DNA of 64,000 bases, taken from contig NMRA01000002.1 in the NCBI GenBank assembly GCA_002633005.1, forward strand, positions 3,058,228 to 3,122,227, written 5' to 3'. The notes beneath the pieces were generated by a model. That model was not told where the DNA came from. It ran no database searches and saw only the letters and a program-made list of their open reading frames with translations. Position 1 is the stretch's first letter; every line of letters starts with the position of its first letter. This DNA comes from Phoronis australis. Its lineage: Eukaryota; Animalia; Phoronida. Positions 62,320-64,000 of this stretch are shown here, piece by piece. The translations under genes were made by a program, and so were the position numbers.

Positions 62320-64000
62320 GAGCCTTGCTTCATTAAGAATCACTTGTGATTGGATAGCGAATTCTTAGTTTTACGACAGTTTTCTGAACACCCACATTCA
62401 ACCAGTGTCTAAGTTATTATTATTATGTTCTTGAGAAAGAGAAGGACGGACAGGGCTCTTAAAAGGTATCCAAGTATTTTTCCGCCTCCTTTCCGTCATA
62501 AATGTGTATAAAAATATATAATACGGAATGTCTAAGTGCTTTAAACAAAACGTGTGGTATTTTGCATGTAAGACGGACTGGCCACAAGAAGGCTCCAGAG
62601 AACATCGAGATCGTTACTCCGAGGTCTAAATATTGGTTAGTTTTCCACAAATTTGACAATTTCTTTGTTTTCTTTAGTGTATTTGATTTTATCTTTGATT
62701 AAAATGGTGGTTCCACAATGAAATGTTTTTTTTTTCATAAACTGTTGTTTTTAAGACTTTCCCGAGGCACTAACCAACTTTTTAACAGGTTTGGAAGTCC
62801 GTACATTGAAGGTGTAGAAAATAGTACGTGTCACACGTACGTATCACACTCGAATTGCACTTCAAATATTAACCTACACGCGTCGAAACTACGATCGCAT
62901 GAAGACCTTTATCTGCAGAAATAATACGGCAAACATAACTGCATTGAAATCAAGCCTTTCAAAAGAACTAGCTCACTCGAAGATTCGATGTTTTGCTATT
63001 CGTTTGTCAGTCCGCCATTTCCGTTTTTCACCTAGCGATGAAATCCTGAAGTAAGGCATTCACGTGGTTCATTGGCTGGCATTCGGGTAACTACCAGAGA
63101 CTGTAGAACGTCTTGGTCACTACTAATTAGAATATGACTTCATTAGATCAAAATAAGATGGCAGACGACTTAATTCGTTGTTGTTTCAGAAATGTAAAAA
63201 GAAGCGAATGCCGTTTATCGTTCCATAACCTAAAGGAATTTGGTTTGGTTAGTTCTAGCACACTCAACAAGTAGTTTGCCCCTTACTGTCTTCTGATTTA
63301 TGTCCATTTCACAAAATTAATTTGTGAAGAATAGTTCGATGGCCCTTCGGCTTTGTTTGAGCTGAGTATTGGCTAAACTCATAGGTGCATCAAATATTCG
63401 CCGCCATTTCATAATTTTCAACTAATGACATCGTTACCCACTTGCAAAACCTAACGACAAATTGTTCTAGTCGAACGTAATCCCTTCATTCGTAGTTTCA
63501 CGAGATGAAACGTGATGCGTGCATTTTCATTGACTTGGGGAAACATCGATCTTGTCGAATCAGGATTCATTGGCTAAAATATGACCCGGTATTTACTGCA
63601 GCAAAAATCGCCTTGGTTTGGTTTCCGCATAGAACTCGAGCCCTGGAATGCCAACTGCTGAGGTTGCGTCGCGCGGGCGTGACATTTGCCTGAATTCATT
63701 CGCTTCCGTGTTGGTTATTCCTGTGCGATTTACTGTCACTAAAACGTTTCGCAACTCCGTTATTTTTCAACCGAATTGCATAAGAGTCATATCATTAGAA
63801 AGCCCTTCATCAGTTCTTGATGGTGTACGATTATAGCAGAAGCAAACGCTAAATAATTTAATTAAAAAATAATCATCGTTTCGCATACCTGACAGGTTTA
63901 AAATTTTTTTTTTAATTCTAAAAACCGAAGGTGTTACCCAAATACGAAAAATAATAGGGTGTAACAGTAATGTACCAAAGGAAATAAACCAGAGAGGTTA

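Overview
Animal (invertebrate-like, AT-rich) draft-assembly window with two N gaps (17709-17904, 60220-61095) and scattered single Ns. It holds two spliced + strand genes that the ORF track shows only in pieces. (1) An alpha-1 adrenergic receptor-like class A GPCR: exons 3616-4726 and 47017-47615, 569 aa, with one 42.3-kb phase-1 intron at the end of TM6. (2) A divergent SLC52 (riboflavin transporter family) gene: exons 51720-52952 and 62122-62319, 476 aa. The rest is repeat-rich. It includes a 5'-truncated Penelope-like (Naiad-type) retroelement with GIY-YIG endonuclease, a variant hammerhead ribozyme, an ORF-restart tail and an 8-bp flanking direct repeat. It also includes a palindromic element built from two inverted hammerhead-like copies, decayed THAP-domain and Crypton-type tyrosine recombinase remnants missed by the ORF track, several MITE/foldback families, LINE/SINE relics and short tandem repeats. 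A ~2.2-kb duplication is probably two alleles assembled in tandem. All family assignments come from motif recognition by eye; no database searches were run.
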